Shown piece after piece: positions 8,782 through 17,739 of a stretch of 64,000 nucleotides of DNA. The stretch covers positions 96,001 to 160,000 of IMG/VR virus record IMGVR_UViG_3300048672_000970, one strand, 5' to 3'. A program made the translations under genes and the position numbers. Source of the stretch: a virus (Duplodnaviria > Caudoviricetes). A model generated the notes under the pieces. The model made no database searches and was not told where the DNA came from. It saw only the letters and a list, made by a program, of their open reading frames with translations. Each line of letters starts with the position of its first letter. The first letter of the stretch is position 1.

Positions 8782-9585
8782 ATGGGTTCATTCAAAAACT
8801 TTCTTACCGAGTATGATTTCTCGGGTAACTTTGCCAACGATATTCGACATGCACATTTTCCGGGGGTGCATGCCATTGAGCGGGCTGTAATGTCATCAGG
8901 ATATTCAACTAACATTCCGAGCATGATTAATTTGATTGCTCAGAAATTGTTGTCACCCCATGTTTCGTTAGAATCTTTTGAAGGGCTAGAACGAACGAAT
9001 GACGCGACCAAAACTGCCTTTCTTAATGCGTTAAAGAAAATCTCGGATAACCTTGAGAAGTTCAAAAGTAAAACTTATTTGCAGAGTTTGAAAAAAGACC
9101 CTGAATTAAATGGAATCGTGGCGGATGTCTCCCATCGGCAAAAGATTTCAAAGGACTTTACACAGGCTGAAAAACGAGCATGTGAAAAATTTGGTTCTAC
9201 TTCCAATCCGCAGCAGCGCGAGCTGTACATCAAATTAATGCGTGGCACTGCTCCAGATGCAGTGGGCGAAGCTTTCAAAAATTCCATTAAAGTGAAAGTT
9301 GATTCAATTGGTGATTCAGATGGTCTGCCACGAGAAGACAATCTCGTGAAATATATTCGTGTGGCTTATATCAGGTTTTCTATTTTACACACACGGGCAA
9401 CTGCACTAATCGCCGAAATGGCTGATTTGATGGGGATGGTTGATGCGTCAGATACCGTCAATTATGACGCCAGTACCGACCCGGATGCTAACACCAATAA
9501 CACCCCTCAAACAAATCAACCGGCTCAAGCGACTGCAGCAGCGTCTGTAGCACCTTCACCGGCACCAGCACAAACTAAACCATAA
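8782..9585 (+). CDS. hypothetical late/virion protein
   Basis: TAAATA at 8751; N-terminus MGSFKNFLTE; low-complexity C-tail. Confidence 0.7.
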   Translation: MGSFKNFLTEYDFSGNFANDIRHAHFPGVHAIERAVMSSGYSTNIPSMINLIAQKLLSPHVSLESFEGLERTNDATKTAFLNALKKISDNLEKFKSKTYLQSLKKDPELNGIVADVSHRQKISKDFTQAEKRACEKFGSTSNPQQRELYIKLMRGTAPDAVGEAFKNSIKVKVDSIGDSDGLPREDNLVKYIRVAYIRFSILHTRATALIAEMADLMGMVDASDTVNYDASTDPDANTNNTPQTNQPAQATAAASVAPSPAPAQTKP

Positions 9586-9589
9586 AAAC

Positions 9590-9615
9590 AAAAGCCGGGC
9601 TTTGCCCGGCTTTTT
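9590..9615. terminator. bidirectional intrinsic terminator
   Basis: AAAGCCGGGC-TTT-GCCCGGCTTT between convergent genes. Confidence 0.85.
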
Positions 9616-9854
9616 TATTCAGAGAGTTGGTGTTTTACGACCAGTTGATAGAAATCTTCTACAGTCTCGATGAGTAACAGAGCTTGCTTCAAATCTGCCG
9701 CAGCTTTAGTTTGAACATAATGAGTTGATGCGATGCCAACTTTCTTCAGTAAGTTAGTTAACACATTTTGCTGGGCCGGTGATAATTGTAATTCAGCGCG
9801 AACTGCAGCTTTTCGCATGTCAAGAGAAGTGGTCATATGCTTAGAATCAGTCAT
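9615..9854 (-). CDS. hypothetical late protein
   Basis: ORF with TAAATA on the minus strand at 9879-9884. Confidence 0.65.
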   Translation of the reverse strand: MTDSKHMTTSLDMRKAAVRAELQLSPAQQNVLTNLLKKVGIASTHYVQTKAAADLKQALLLIETVEDFYQLVVKHQLSE

Positions 9855-9878
9855 GTGCGAGTAAGGGTTATCAACCAG

Positions 9879-9899
9879 TATTTACAGGGCGCGTAAATA
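9879..9899. promoter_or_regulatory. back-to-back divergent late promoters
   Basis: TATTTA (9879-84) and TAAATA (9894-99). Confidence 0.55.
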
Positions 9900-9949
9900 C
9901 ATGTAACCAAATTTATCTCAAATTATTTTGTCTTTAGGGAAAGAAGTTC

Positions 9950-10327
9950 ATGGCAGATACATTAGAAACCAGAGTTGCGCTATTGGAGCAAAAAACTGCT
10001 TTTATTGAAGAACAGATGGATACCTCGTATAAAACGGTCAGCAAGTTAGGGGATCGGGTTGAGGTACATATCCAAGATGGACTTAATAAAGACGCCCAGA
10101 TGCAAATTGACCTAAATCGTGTCACTGATGCCGTAACTAACTTATCGCAAGTGATGGCGACGGCCACCGATAGTCTTAAATTGATTGCTGACAGCTCGAA
10201 CAACTATCAGCAAAAAATTATGAAGTACGAAACGGTCGCAGAAACGTTAATGAAAATTGGCTCAATCGCCATGGTGCTCTGTTCGGCTGGTTGGGCGCTC
10301 TACACTTATTTCGCTGACAAGATATAA
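9950..10327 (+). CDS. coiled-coil protein with C-terminal TM helix (possible holin-like)
   Basis: Heptad-rich body, hydrophobic IGSIAMVLCSAGWALYTYF tail, late promoter. Confidence 0.55.
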   Translation: MADTLETRVALLEQKTAFIEEQMDTSYKTVSKLGDRVEVHIQDGLNKDAQMQIDLNRVTDAVTNLSQVMATATDSLKLIADSSNNYQQKIMKYETVAETLMKIGSIAMVLCSAGWALYTYFADKI

Positions 10328-10341
10328 TTTCGTCCTACACA

Positions 10342-10350
10342 TGCTACAAT
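10342..10350 (+). promoter_or_regulatory. extended -10 early promoter
   Basis: TGCTACAAT upstream of the Nudix gene. Confidence 0.45.
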
Positions 10351-10400
10351 CTCCGTGTGAGAAATCACATGCTTAACAAAATTTTGATAGGAGAAATAGC

Positions 10401-10886
10401 ATGTTTGACGAAAGTGAAAGCACATACGAAAAGCGCGCCCGCGCTGGCCTAATTCCTTATACCCGTAACGAACGTGGGGAACTGATTTATCTGTTGATGG
10501 TCGCTTCAGACCCGATGTTTGGTGGGCCGAAGCCGATGATTAGTAAAGGCAAAATTGAAGAAGGTGAAGCGCCAATGGAAACTGCGCTTAGAGAAGCACA
10601 AGAAGAACTCGGCCTTCTTGAATCAAATATCAAGGGTGATATTAAACTGGTGGCTGAAGAACAAGTTAGGCTGCGTAGCGGTACTTATTTTCTGTCGGTG
10701 TATGCAGTGGAAGTTATCAGTCGCCGAGATTTTGGCATGTGGGAAGATGAAACTGAATATACCCAATGGATGACTCTTGCTGAATTCAAAGAAAATGGAC
10801 GGAAAGACCATTACAAGTATCTGGAAATGATTGAGCATAACATCGGTTTCGGTCGGTCATTCATGAATGTGACTCAAGCTGCATAA
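10401..10886 (+). CDS. Nudix hydrolase
   Basis: Nudix box GKIEEGEAPMETALREAQEELG. Confidence 0.9.
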   Translation: MFDESESTYEKRARAGLIPYTRNERGELIYLLMVASDPMFGGPKPMISKGKIEEGEAPMETALREAQEELGLLESNIKGDIKLVAEEQVRLRSGTYFLSVYAVEVISRRDFGMWEDETEYTQWMTLAEFKENGRKDHYKYLEMIEHNIGFGRSFMNVTQAA

Positions 10887-10968
10887 GTAACAAAGTGTAA
10901 CAAGCATGGACTTTCTTCTTCCATGCTTTTACACTAACCAAGTGGTTTTTCAACGGAGAAAAATTGAA

Positions 10969-11553
10969 ATGCGAAATGTGCTCATGCTAACTGAAGATGG
11001 ATTCCCGGCCGGGTGGATTTCACCTGAACGAGCCATTTCATATCACGCCTCAGAAAAGGTGGCGTGGGAACTTGGTTCCCCAAAATTTCTGTTCCGGGGT
11101 GGAGAACAAAATGGCCGGCAATCTGTATTGAAAACTGCCGCTGTAATTGCAGTCAAGGGTGCACCTGGGCCATACAAACGATATGCCCCTACCACCATTT
11201 TTTCCAACAAGCAATTGTTCGCCAGAGATAACTGGACATGCTGCTATTGCAATGAACAATTCGCCACGTCTGAATTGACGCGGGATCATGTCATCCCAAC
11301 GTCGAGAGGTGGACTTGATACCTGGAAAAATGTGGTGTCGGCATGTCTTCCGTGTAATCGATTCAAGGGCAATCGACTGATTCAGCGAACCGGCATGCAA
11401 ATGCATTATCAACCGTATGCACCGAGCTATGTGGAAAATTTCGTTCTAAAGGGCCGACATCTGTTCAATGAACAGGCTGAATACCTGCGGACTTTTCTTC
11501 CAGAGCAAAGTGAAGTACACTACGTCCTCGACCAAATCACTGTTGGAGATTAA
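10969..11553 (+). CDS. HNH endonuclease
   Basis: RDNWTCCYC...TRDHVIPTSRGG.DTWKNVVSACLPCNRFKG; start moved to 10969 (GGAG RBS). Confidence 0.9.
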   Translation: MRNVLMLTEDGFPAGWISPERAISYHASEKVAWELGSPKFLFRGGEQNGRQSVLKTAAVIAVKGAPGPYKRYAPTTIFSNKQLFARDNWTCCYCNEQFATSELTRDHVIPTSRGGLDTWKNVVSACLPCNRFKGNRLIQRTGMQMHYQPYAPSYVENFVLKGRHLFNEQAEYLRTFLPEQSEVHYVLDQITVGD

Positions 11554-11966
11554 TGATGCCTCTCATTCCTTCGCTTGTTTTATTCGGCTTTCTTGCCGCA
11601 TGGTTGACAGATTGGGATTTCGGCACATTCATTGCCGCATGGATTGTGTTGACTTTTGTCGAGATTTCAGTTGCGACTTTCATCGCAATGCATCGCCGGC
11701 AACCGGCGCATGAAGCATCGGATGAAGCAGACTTTTCGGACGAAGTGATTGACATGAACACGGGTGGGGTGGTAATTGGCCGGTTTAACGACCAAGACAT
11801 TTTTGAGTTCATGACCGTCAAACTTTCTTCTGGAAAGCTGTTGACATTACCGTACCATTCGTGTTTTAATTCGCCTGCGGACGTTCCTGAGAGTCTGCTC
11901 GCCAAGCAAGATTGTTCGACAGTCGTGCTTACTTCCGGAATTTGCTATCACGGAGAAGATAAATGA
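11553..11966 (+). CDS. hypothetical membrane protein
   Basis: Two N-terminal TM helices. Confidence 0.65.
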   Translation: MMPLIPSLVLFGFLAAWLTDWDFGTFIAAWIVLTFVEISVATFIAMHRRQPAHEASDEADFSDEVIDMNTGGVVIGRFNDQDIFEFMTVKLSSGKLLTLPYHSCFNSPADVPESLLAKQDCSTVVLTSGICYHGEDK

Positions 11967-12211
11967 TTGCCTCTTATTTCAACTACGAAACCATGCAGCC
12001 GCATAACATCCACGCCCATATGCCGACTCATTCGGCGTTTGATGTGGATAAGGCGCTCGACGCGGCGGTGAACGGGGCGAATGATTACATCACGTTGCTG
12101 ACGCTGCAGCGAGCCGGCTCCCTGTTTTACCAGCTTGATTGCAATAACCTGTCGGCGAAGGAAATCGCCGATTTCATCATCGGACAAGAACAACAAAATC
12201 AATTTACCTGA
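11963..12211 (+). CDS. hypothetical protein
   Basis: Coupled ORF with GGAG RBS. Confidence 0.65.
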   Translation: MIASYFNYETMQPHNIHAHMPTHSAFDVDKALDAAVNGANDYITLLTLQRAGSLFYQLDCNNLSAKEIADFIIGQEQQNQFT

Positions 12212-12219
12212 AAGGTTAT

Positions 12220-12531
12220 ATGGATGAAGTGATTTTTCAATCAATCCTTGGCGTGTGGTTTATCCTCGCGCTGCTTGACACGGTTTACACCGTCACCGAA
12301 CTGGAGTTCAATTTCTATTTGCTGAAAGATAGGTTGCAGCTTCAGACGGCAAAAGTACGTTACACGGTTTTGGCAATTTGTTCCATTGGCATTTTCGTGT
12401 CAACCATTCTTTACGTGCCTATCGTGCTTGTTAAAAGCATGATTGACCGTGAACTTTGGTACCCGGGCAAGTATTCCACCACGTATTCTGCGTACCTGAT
12501 TAGAAAACTCAGGCGCAAGTTCCACAACTGA
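12220..12531 (+). CDS. hypothetical membrane protein
   Basis: Two hydrophobic segments. Confidence 0.65.
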   Translation: MDEVIFQSILGVWFILALLDTVYTVTELEFNFYLLKDRLQLQTAKVRYTVLAICSIGIFVSTILYVPIVLVKSMIDRELWYPGKYSTTYSAYLIRKLRRKFHN

Positions 12532-12555
12532 AAAGCCGGGCAATGCCCGGCTTTT
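12531..12555. terminator. bidirectional intrinsic terminator
   Basis: AAAAGCCGGGC-AAT-GCCCGGCTTTT between convergent genes. Confidence 0.85.
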
Positions 12556-12556
12556 C

Positions 12557-13147
12557 TCATTCATACTTCTGTTTTTCTCGCATCACCTTTGCTGAATAGC
12601 GCGGATTCTTTCTTTTACCCGTCTTATAACTCGTGATACCGACGTTATACGCTTCCAGTGCAGCTTTCTCTGAGCCAAGCTGGCGATAATAATCTGCAAG
12701 CATTTGCGCACCGACTTTAATCTGATAGTCAATATCCGAGCCAATTTTCACCGCGTCCAAATCATTAACACCCGGTCGAATTTGCATCAATCCTAACGCC
12801 GGGTCGGATGCTAACTTTGATTTGGCCCGAGGGTTAAATTCTGATTCAACCCCAATCACAGCTAACAAATCTTCCGCTTTAGGAAAATCAGGTTTGGCAT
12901 GCCGTGATACCGATTTCATGATTTTGTCCACTAGACTAGGAGCGACATCATATGAATCAATGACAACTTGCTTCAAATTTTCTAACGCAGCTTTTTGCTG
13001 CTGCACCATTTTATGAACAGTATTCTGTTGCTGATGCATTTTCCCGCCATGCATCAATAATGCAGCGGCCGTCGCTACCGTCGCCACACCCGTTTTTAAC
13101 TTACCTTCCTCCAGGCGAGTTTGGTACAGTTCCTTGATGAGCTTCAT
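12557..13147 (-). CDS. lytic transglycosylase (SLT domain), probably virion-associated
   Basis: VIGVESEFNP, LGLMQI, ALEAYNVG. Confidence 0.9.
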   Translation of the reverse strand: MKLIKELYQTRLEEGKLKTGVATVATAAALLMHGGKMHQQQNTVHKMVQQQKAALENLKQVVIDSYDVAPSLVDKIMKSVSRHAKPDFPKAEDLLAVIGVESEFNPRAKSKLASDPALGLMQIRPGVNDLDAVKIGSDIDYQIKVGAQMLADYYRQLGSEKAALEAYNVGITSYKTGKRKNPRYSAKVMREKQKYE

Positions 13148-13737
13148 ACCATTTCTTTAATGGATGCCAGCTTGCGGTCATACGACCGTCCCCATACCGT
13201 CATAGACCGCGTTAAACCGGCCAAAATAACTTTAACCTGCCCGAACACTTCTTTAAGACCTTCATCCAATTTGGTGACCCGTAACGCCGGTTCCTTCTTC
13301 GCCACTTGAACAATTTTCGTGTATTTGGCGACAATTTCTTCCACTTGCGGCTGAAGGTCATCTTCAATCAGTTCTGATAACGCCCGTGCAACTGCTTCCC
13401 AATCAGTATCAGATTTGGTACTAGCCTTTTCTACATTTTTAGCTACTGATGCGGAAAATCGAGCAGTTTCAACTACTCGGGTATATACTTCGTCGGTCGC
13501 GTCAAATAACTCAGTTACTTTCACTCGCACATCGGCGTGCAACGATTTTTGTAAGGATGAAAGCCGGTCAAGTAATGTCGAAATTTTGTTATACTTGGCA
13601 AGCATTTTAGTGATGCTGGTTGCCGTAGAACCTTCGGCGGCGAGAGTAACTTTATCAATAGCACCTTTAGCTATCTTTTCAGTATATTTCGCACCAGGGA
13701 TACGCGCTTCAGAGAGTAGTTGTTGAATGAGAATCAT
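13144..13737 (-). CDS. hypothetical late protein
   Basis: Start moved to MILIQQLLSE (13737); minus-strand TAAATA at 13763-68. Confidence 0.7.
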   Translation of the reverse strand: MILIQQLLSEARIPGAKYTEKIAKGAIDKVTLAAEGSTATSITKMLAKYNKISTLLDRLSSLQKSLHADVRVKVTELFDATDEVYTRVVETARFSASVAKNVEKASTKSDTDWEAVARALSELIEDDLQPQVEEIVAKYTKIVQVAKKEPALRVTKLDEGLKEVFGQVKVILAGLTRSMTVWGRSYDRKLASIKEMV

Positions 13738-13741
13738 CTTA

Positions 13742-13768
13742 TGGTAGAATTGTTGCAAACAGTATTTA
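13742..13768. promoter_or_regulatory. overlapping divergent promoters (early for folA; late for the minus-strand operon)
   Basis: TGGTAGAAT (+, 13742-50) and TATTTA (13763-68). Confidence 0.5.
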
Positions 13769-13775
13769 TCAAAAA

Positions 13776-14300
13776 ATGCGGGAAATGATTTTAGCTATTG
13801 ATAGAAGTAACGCGATTGGCTATCATGATGGCAGATTGGCATGGCGAATCAAAGCGGACATGCAACATTTCAAACAGAACACGATGGGTAAAACAGTCGT
13901 CATGGGGCACAAGACATTTGTAAGTCTTTGTAACAAGACTGGACTTCCGGGTCGAACTAACGTAGTATTGAGTTCAAGAAATCGAGAAGAACTTCAGCTA
14001 GACCAGGCGGTTGAGTTGATTCATTCGATACGAGACATTCCTGAAAATTGCGTTATCATTGGCGGCGCTTCGTTATACGACCAAGTGCTAGATGCGAAAA
14101 TAATAGATGTAATAAATGTAACATTGATAGGAGAGTCATCGAATGCTGATGTAAAATTGACCCATCAACTAGGAACACTAGATGTGTTCCTCAAAAGTCA
14201 GGCAGAATCTGGCGTTCAATGGCAAGTGACCAATTCCGAATCAGTCAAGATGACTGATTCTCATCCAAGTTTTAAGTTTGTTAATCTTAGGCGTATTTGA
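13776..14300 (+). CDS. folA: dihydrofolate reductase
   Basis: AIG...LAWRIKADMQHFKQNT.GKTVVMGHKTF.S...LPGRTNVVLS; IIGGASLY. Confidence 0.9.
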   Translation: MREMILAIDRSNAIGYHDGRLAWRIKADMQHFKQNTMGKTVVMGHKTFVSLCNKTGLPGRTNVVLSSRNREELQLDQAVELIHSIRDIPENCVIIGGASLYDQVLDAKIIDVINVTLIGESSNADVKLTHQLGTLDVFLKSQAESGVQWQVTNSESVKMTDSHPSFKFVNLRRI

Positions 14301-14348
14301 AGCAGACGGGTACGTTCTATTTTTTATCTCTGCGTGAAAGGAAACCCA

Positions 14349-16304
14349 ATGAGTCTCCCCATGAGTATTACCGCCCTGGCCGCCCGCGTTGCGGAAAAGT
14401 ATGAAACCGTTGCGCTGTCTGTCGAGCAATGGTACGAACAAGCGGCTTCCGCGCCGGATATGTATGCTGGGGTTCATGCCCGGCTCCTGAAGGCAATTGG
14501 TGATCCAATCATCATTGACACGAAGGCAGACGCGCGGCTAAGTCGCATTTTCTCGGGTCGCAAGATCCGGGTTTATGAGCCGTTCAAGGATTTCTTCGGC
14601 ATCGAAGAAACGATTGATGAAATTATCAGCAAGCTGCGCGCTGGCGCGCAAAATCAAGAACCGGCTCGCCAAGTTCTTGACCTTGTTGGCCCGGTTGGTT
14701 CGGCAAAGTCTTCACTGGCTCGCCGTCTCGTCAGCCTAATTGAAAAGGAACCAATCTGGGTGGTAGCTACCGCGAAGGGTGACGTTAGCCCCGTTAATGA
14801 CAATCCGCTGGCGTTCCTGCGACTGCTAGGCGATGCTGAATCACTGTGCAAGGATTTTAACATTCCTGTCTCGGTCATGTCAAAGGTTTTCCCGTCGCCG
14901 TGGCTTGTTCAGCAATTCAAGGATGCTAAGTCTGACCTGACCAAGTTCCAAATTCGCAAGGTTTATCCGAGCGTGCTGGAGTCGATTGCAGTTGCTCGCA
15001 TCGAACCGGGTGATGAAAACAATCAGGATATTTCCACGATTGTTGGTAAGACTGACCTTCGCTCGCTGGAAAAGTATCCTCAAGAGCACCCGTATTCGTA
15101 CAGCTATTCGGGCGGTCTGTGCCGCGCCAACCGGGGCGTCGCTGAATTTGTCGAAATCTTCAAGGCACCGACGAAGGCTCTGCATCCCATTCTGACCGCA
15201 ACTCAGGAGTACATTTATAACGGCACTGAAAACATTGGCGCCCTTCCTTTCGATGGCCTGATTATCGCCCACCACAATTCGAGTGAATGGGACGAATTCC
15301 GCACCAATCCGAAGAATGAAGCATTCCTCGACCGACTGTGTGTTGTTCAAGTACCGTACACGCTTCGTCACGCTGAAGAAGCCGCCATCTACAAGAAGAT
15401 GATTGACCAGAGCACCACGCCAAATGTGCCGATTGCTCCGGGTACGATTGAAATGCTGGCAAAGTGGAGTGTTCTTTCTCGCCTGTCGGCTCCGGCTAAT
15501 TCGTCCATCATTGCCAAGCTGCATGTCTATAACGGCGAAAACGTCAAGGATCGTATGCCGACTGCCAAGCCGATTGGCGAATACCGAGACGCCGCCGGCC
15601 TGCATGAAGGTATGACGGGGATGTCTACCCGGTTCGCGTTCAAGGTGCTGGCAGATACGTTTGACCTTCGTCCGGAAGAAATGCAAGCGAATCCGGTTGA
15701 CCTGATGTTTGTCCTGCAAGAAGCCATTAAGAAGGATTCAACGCTGGCTGACGCTCGACGGGAAGAACTGCTCAACTTCATTGAAAGCCACCTGAAAGTT
15801 GAGTATTTCGAGCTGCTGGATAAGCAACTGCGCGAAGCGTACATGGAAAGTTTTGGCGCCTATGGGCAAAATATGTTCGACCGATACGTCAGTCTGGCCG
15901 CCGCGTGGATTGATGCTGAAGTCATTCGAGATCCTGAGACTCACATGACTCTCGACCGACAAGCCATTAACGGCAAGCTTGAAGAAATTGAAAGGCCAGC
16001 CGGTGTTATGAATGTTAGTGATTTCCGCCATAACATCGTGACCTATGTGCTCCGGTATCAGGCGCGTAATGCCGGTGCGTCACCGCGTTGGCAGGATTAT
16101 GAGAAGATCAAGACGGTCATTGAAAAGAAGCTGTTCACCGGCACGCAAAACATTCTGCCGGTCATTTCGTTCGGCACGAAGCAAGATTCTGAAATTGAAT
16201 CGAAGCATCATGCATTCGTTGACCGAATGATTGCAATGGGGTACACCAAGCACCAGATTGAAATTCTGGTTGCATGGTGGAGTGCCAATACAAAGGCAGC
16301 CTAA
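14349..16304 (+). CDS. prkA: PrkA/YeaG family AAA+ serine protein kinase
   Basis: LVGPVGSAKSS Walker A, YSYSGGLCRANRG..EFVEIFKAP, NEAFLDR, VPYTL, EGMTGMSTRFAFK; start moved to MSLPMS (14349). Confidence 0.93.
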   Translation: MSLPMSITALAARVAEKYETVALSVEQWYEQAASAPDMYAGVHARLLKAIGDPIIIDTKADARLSRIFSGRKIRVYEPFKDFFGIEETIDEIISKLRAGAQNQEPARQVLDLVGPVGSAKSSLARRLVSLIEKEPIWVVATAKGDVSPVNDNPLAFLRLLGDAESLCKDFNIPVSVMSKVFPSPWLVQQFKDAKSDLTKFQIRKVYPSVLESIAVARIEPGDENNQDISTIVGKTDLRSLEKYPQEHPYSYSYSGGLCRANRGVAEFVEIFKAPTKALHPILTATQEYIYNGTENIGALPFDGLIIAHHNSSEWDEFRTNPKNEAFLDRLCVVQVPYTLRHAEEAAIYKKMIDQSTTPNVPIAPGTIEMLAKWSVLSRLSAPANSSIIAKLHVYNGENVKDRMPTAKPIGEYRDAAGLHEGMTGMSTRFAFKVLADTFDLRPEEMQANPVDLMFVLQEAIKKDSTLADARREELLNFIESHLKVEYFELLDKQLREAYMESFGAYGQNMFDRYVSLAAAWIDAEVIRDPETHMTLDRQAINGKLEEIERPAGVMNVSDFRHNIVTYVLRYQARNAGASPRWQDYEKIKTVIEKKLFTGTQNILPVISFGTKQDSEIESKHHAFVDRMIAMGYTKHQIEILVAWWSANTKAA

Positions 16305-16307
16305 ATC

Positions 16308-16329
16308 AAAGGGGCTTCAGCCCCTTTTT
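16308..16329 (+). terminator. intrinsic terminator after prkA
   Basis: AAAGGGGC-TTCA-GCCCCTTTTT. Confidence 0.8.
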
Positions 16330-16345
16330 CTTTACAGGAAAAGTT

Positions 16346-17695
16346 ATGAATAAAATGTCTGCATATGTCATCGGAGCCGGCGTGATTGGCATTAACACCG
16401 CTCACCGACTCGCTGCCGATGGTTTTAACGTTACTGTTTTCGATTCGGAACATGATGTCGCCCTTGACACTTCTTATAGAAATGGCGGCCAGCTTTCTGT
16501 CGGCCATTGTGTTCCGTGGAGTAATCCATCTGCGCCTGCTAAAGTCCTTAAGTGGCTCTTTCAAAAAGATGCACCCCTCCTTTTCACGCCACGTTTTTCT
16601 GTTAAGCAACTGAAATGGATTGCCAATTTCTTCCGGCAATGTACTCGGTCTAATACCGATTTCAATACCGAATCCCTTATCAATCTTGGCATGCTGTCAC
16701 GAGATGCGATGCAAAATCTTCAAGCGGCATATCCTGAAGTTCTAGCTAATGAAAAATTTAGCAAACTGGACAACGGTATTATCCATTTCTATCGCAATGA
16801 AAAAGAATACAATGATGCGGTTAGGGATGTTATCTTCATGAATGGATGTGACCTTGAACGAAAACTGATTTCCAGAGAGAAAGTTTTTGAACTTGAGCCT
16901 AGTTTGCAAATGAATGAAAACATTATCGGCGGCACATATACTCCTGGTGATGCGTCGTGCGATGTCCATCAGTTCACAAAAGCTATTGCATCCATTACCG
17001 AGTTTCCAAATTCCGGTGGGTCAATCAGATATAAACTCCGGCATTACGTTCGTGAGCTGGTCTGTGATGAAGATAGTGGTCGAATTGTTTCTTTAACCGT
17101 GTATGACGAAGACAACGATGGTATCGTTCATTTTGCCGATAATCCGGATGTCGTTGTAGTTGCAGCGGCCAATTCGACATATGATTTGGTTAAGCCGTTA
17201 GGTATCAATCTGACCATGTATCCGGCCAAGGGGTATTCAGCTACTATCAAACTTCACCCTGATGAACTTGATAAAGCCCCTTACGTCAGTTTGACCGATG
17301 ATGAAAACAAACTAGTGTTTTCTCGTCTAGGCGATACTTTGCGAGTTGCGGGCACAGCCCATCTGACAGACGAGCCGACATGGATGTTGGACATGGTTCG
17401 GTGCAATTCTCTGATTGAAAAAACTAGAAGCATCTTTGACATTCGAGCCGATGAGTATGAATTCTGGTCGGGTGCTAGACCGCTAACACCTAGTAACAGA
17501 CCTTACATCTGTTCAACTGACTATGAAAATCTGTTTCTGAACACCGGGCATGGGTCACTTGGCCTTACAATGTCAGCAGGTTCAGCAGAATTACTTTCTT
17601 ACATTATTGCCAATAGCCTTTACGGCGTAAGTATGCTACAGTGTGATGAAATGGATGCTATGGTGAAAGCTTTCTCCCTGGACATCGCCCATTGA
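16346..17695 (+). CDS. dadA: D-amino acid dehydrogenase (FAD-dependent, DadA-like)
   Basis: VIGAGVIG FAD motif, TSYRNGGQLSV, PWSNPSAP.K.LKWL, YPAKGYS, RVAGTA, WSGARPLTP, NTGHGSLGLTMSAGS; start moved to 16346 (AGGA RBS). Confidence 0.9.
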   Translation: MNKMSAYVIGAGVIGINTAHRLAADGFNVTVFDSEHDVALDTSYRNGGQLSVGHCVPWSNPSAPAKVLKWLFQKDAPLLFTPRFSVKQLKWIANFFRQCTRSNTDFNTESLINLGMLSRDAMQNLQAAYPEVLANEKFSKLDNGIIHFYRNEKEYNDAVRDVIFMNGCDLERKLISREKVFELEPSLQMNENIIGGTYTPGDASCDVHQFTKAIASITEFPNSGGSIRYKLRHYVRELVCDEDSGRIVSLTVYDEDNDGIVHFADNPDVVVVAAANSTYDLVKPLGINLTMYPAKGYSATIKLHPDELDKAPYVSLTDDENKLVFSRLGDTLRVAGTAHLTDEPTWMLDMVRCNSLIEKTRSIFDIRADEYEFWSGARPLTPSNRPYICSTDYENLFLNTGHGSLGLTMSAGSAELLSYIIANSLYGVSMLQCDEMDAMVKAFSLDIAH

Positions 17696-17701
17696 ACCGA
17701 C

Positions 17702-17718
17702 GACCCGCTTCGCGGGTC
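17702..17718 (+). terminator. GC-rich hairpin between dadA and yeaH
   Basis: GACCCGC-TTC-GCGGGTC with only a weak U-tract. Confidence 0.45.
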
Positions 17719-17739
17719 TATTACACGAAAGGAATTGAA

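Noticed and set aside
10354-10368. TGTGA-N4-TCACA as a CRP site
   Set aside because: CRP needs a 6-bp spacer; may just be a small hairpin
10969-11553. HNH gene as a mobile homing endonuclease or intron
   Set aside because: Free-standing, does not interrupt a gene, and resembles the compact McrA-like HNH family; no evidence of mobility
14880-15719. 279-aa antisense ORF within prkA (and other long antisense ORFs such as 20759-21631, 18187-18654, 19725-20231)
   Set aside because: Shadow ORFs from codon bias of the real genes; no RBS or motifs
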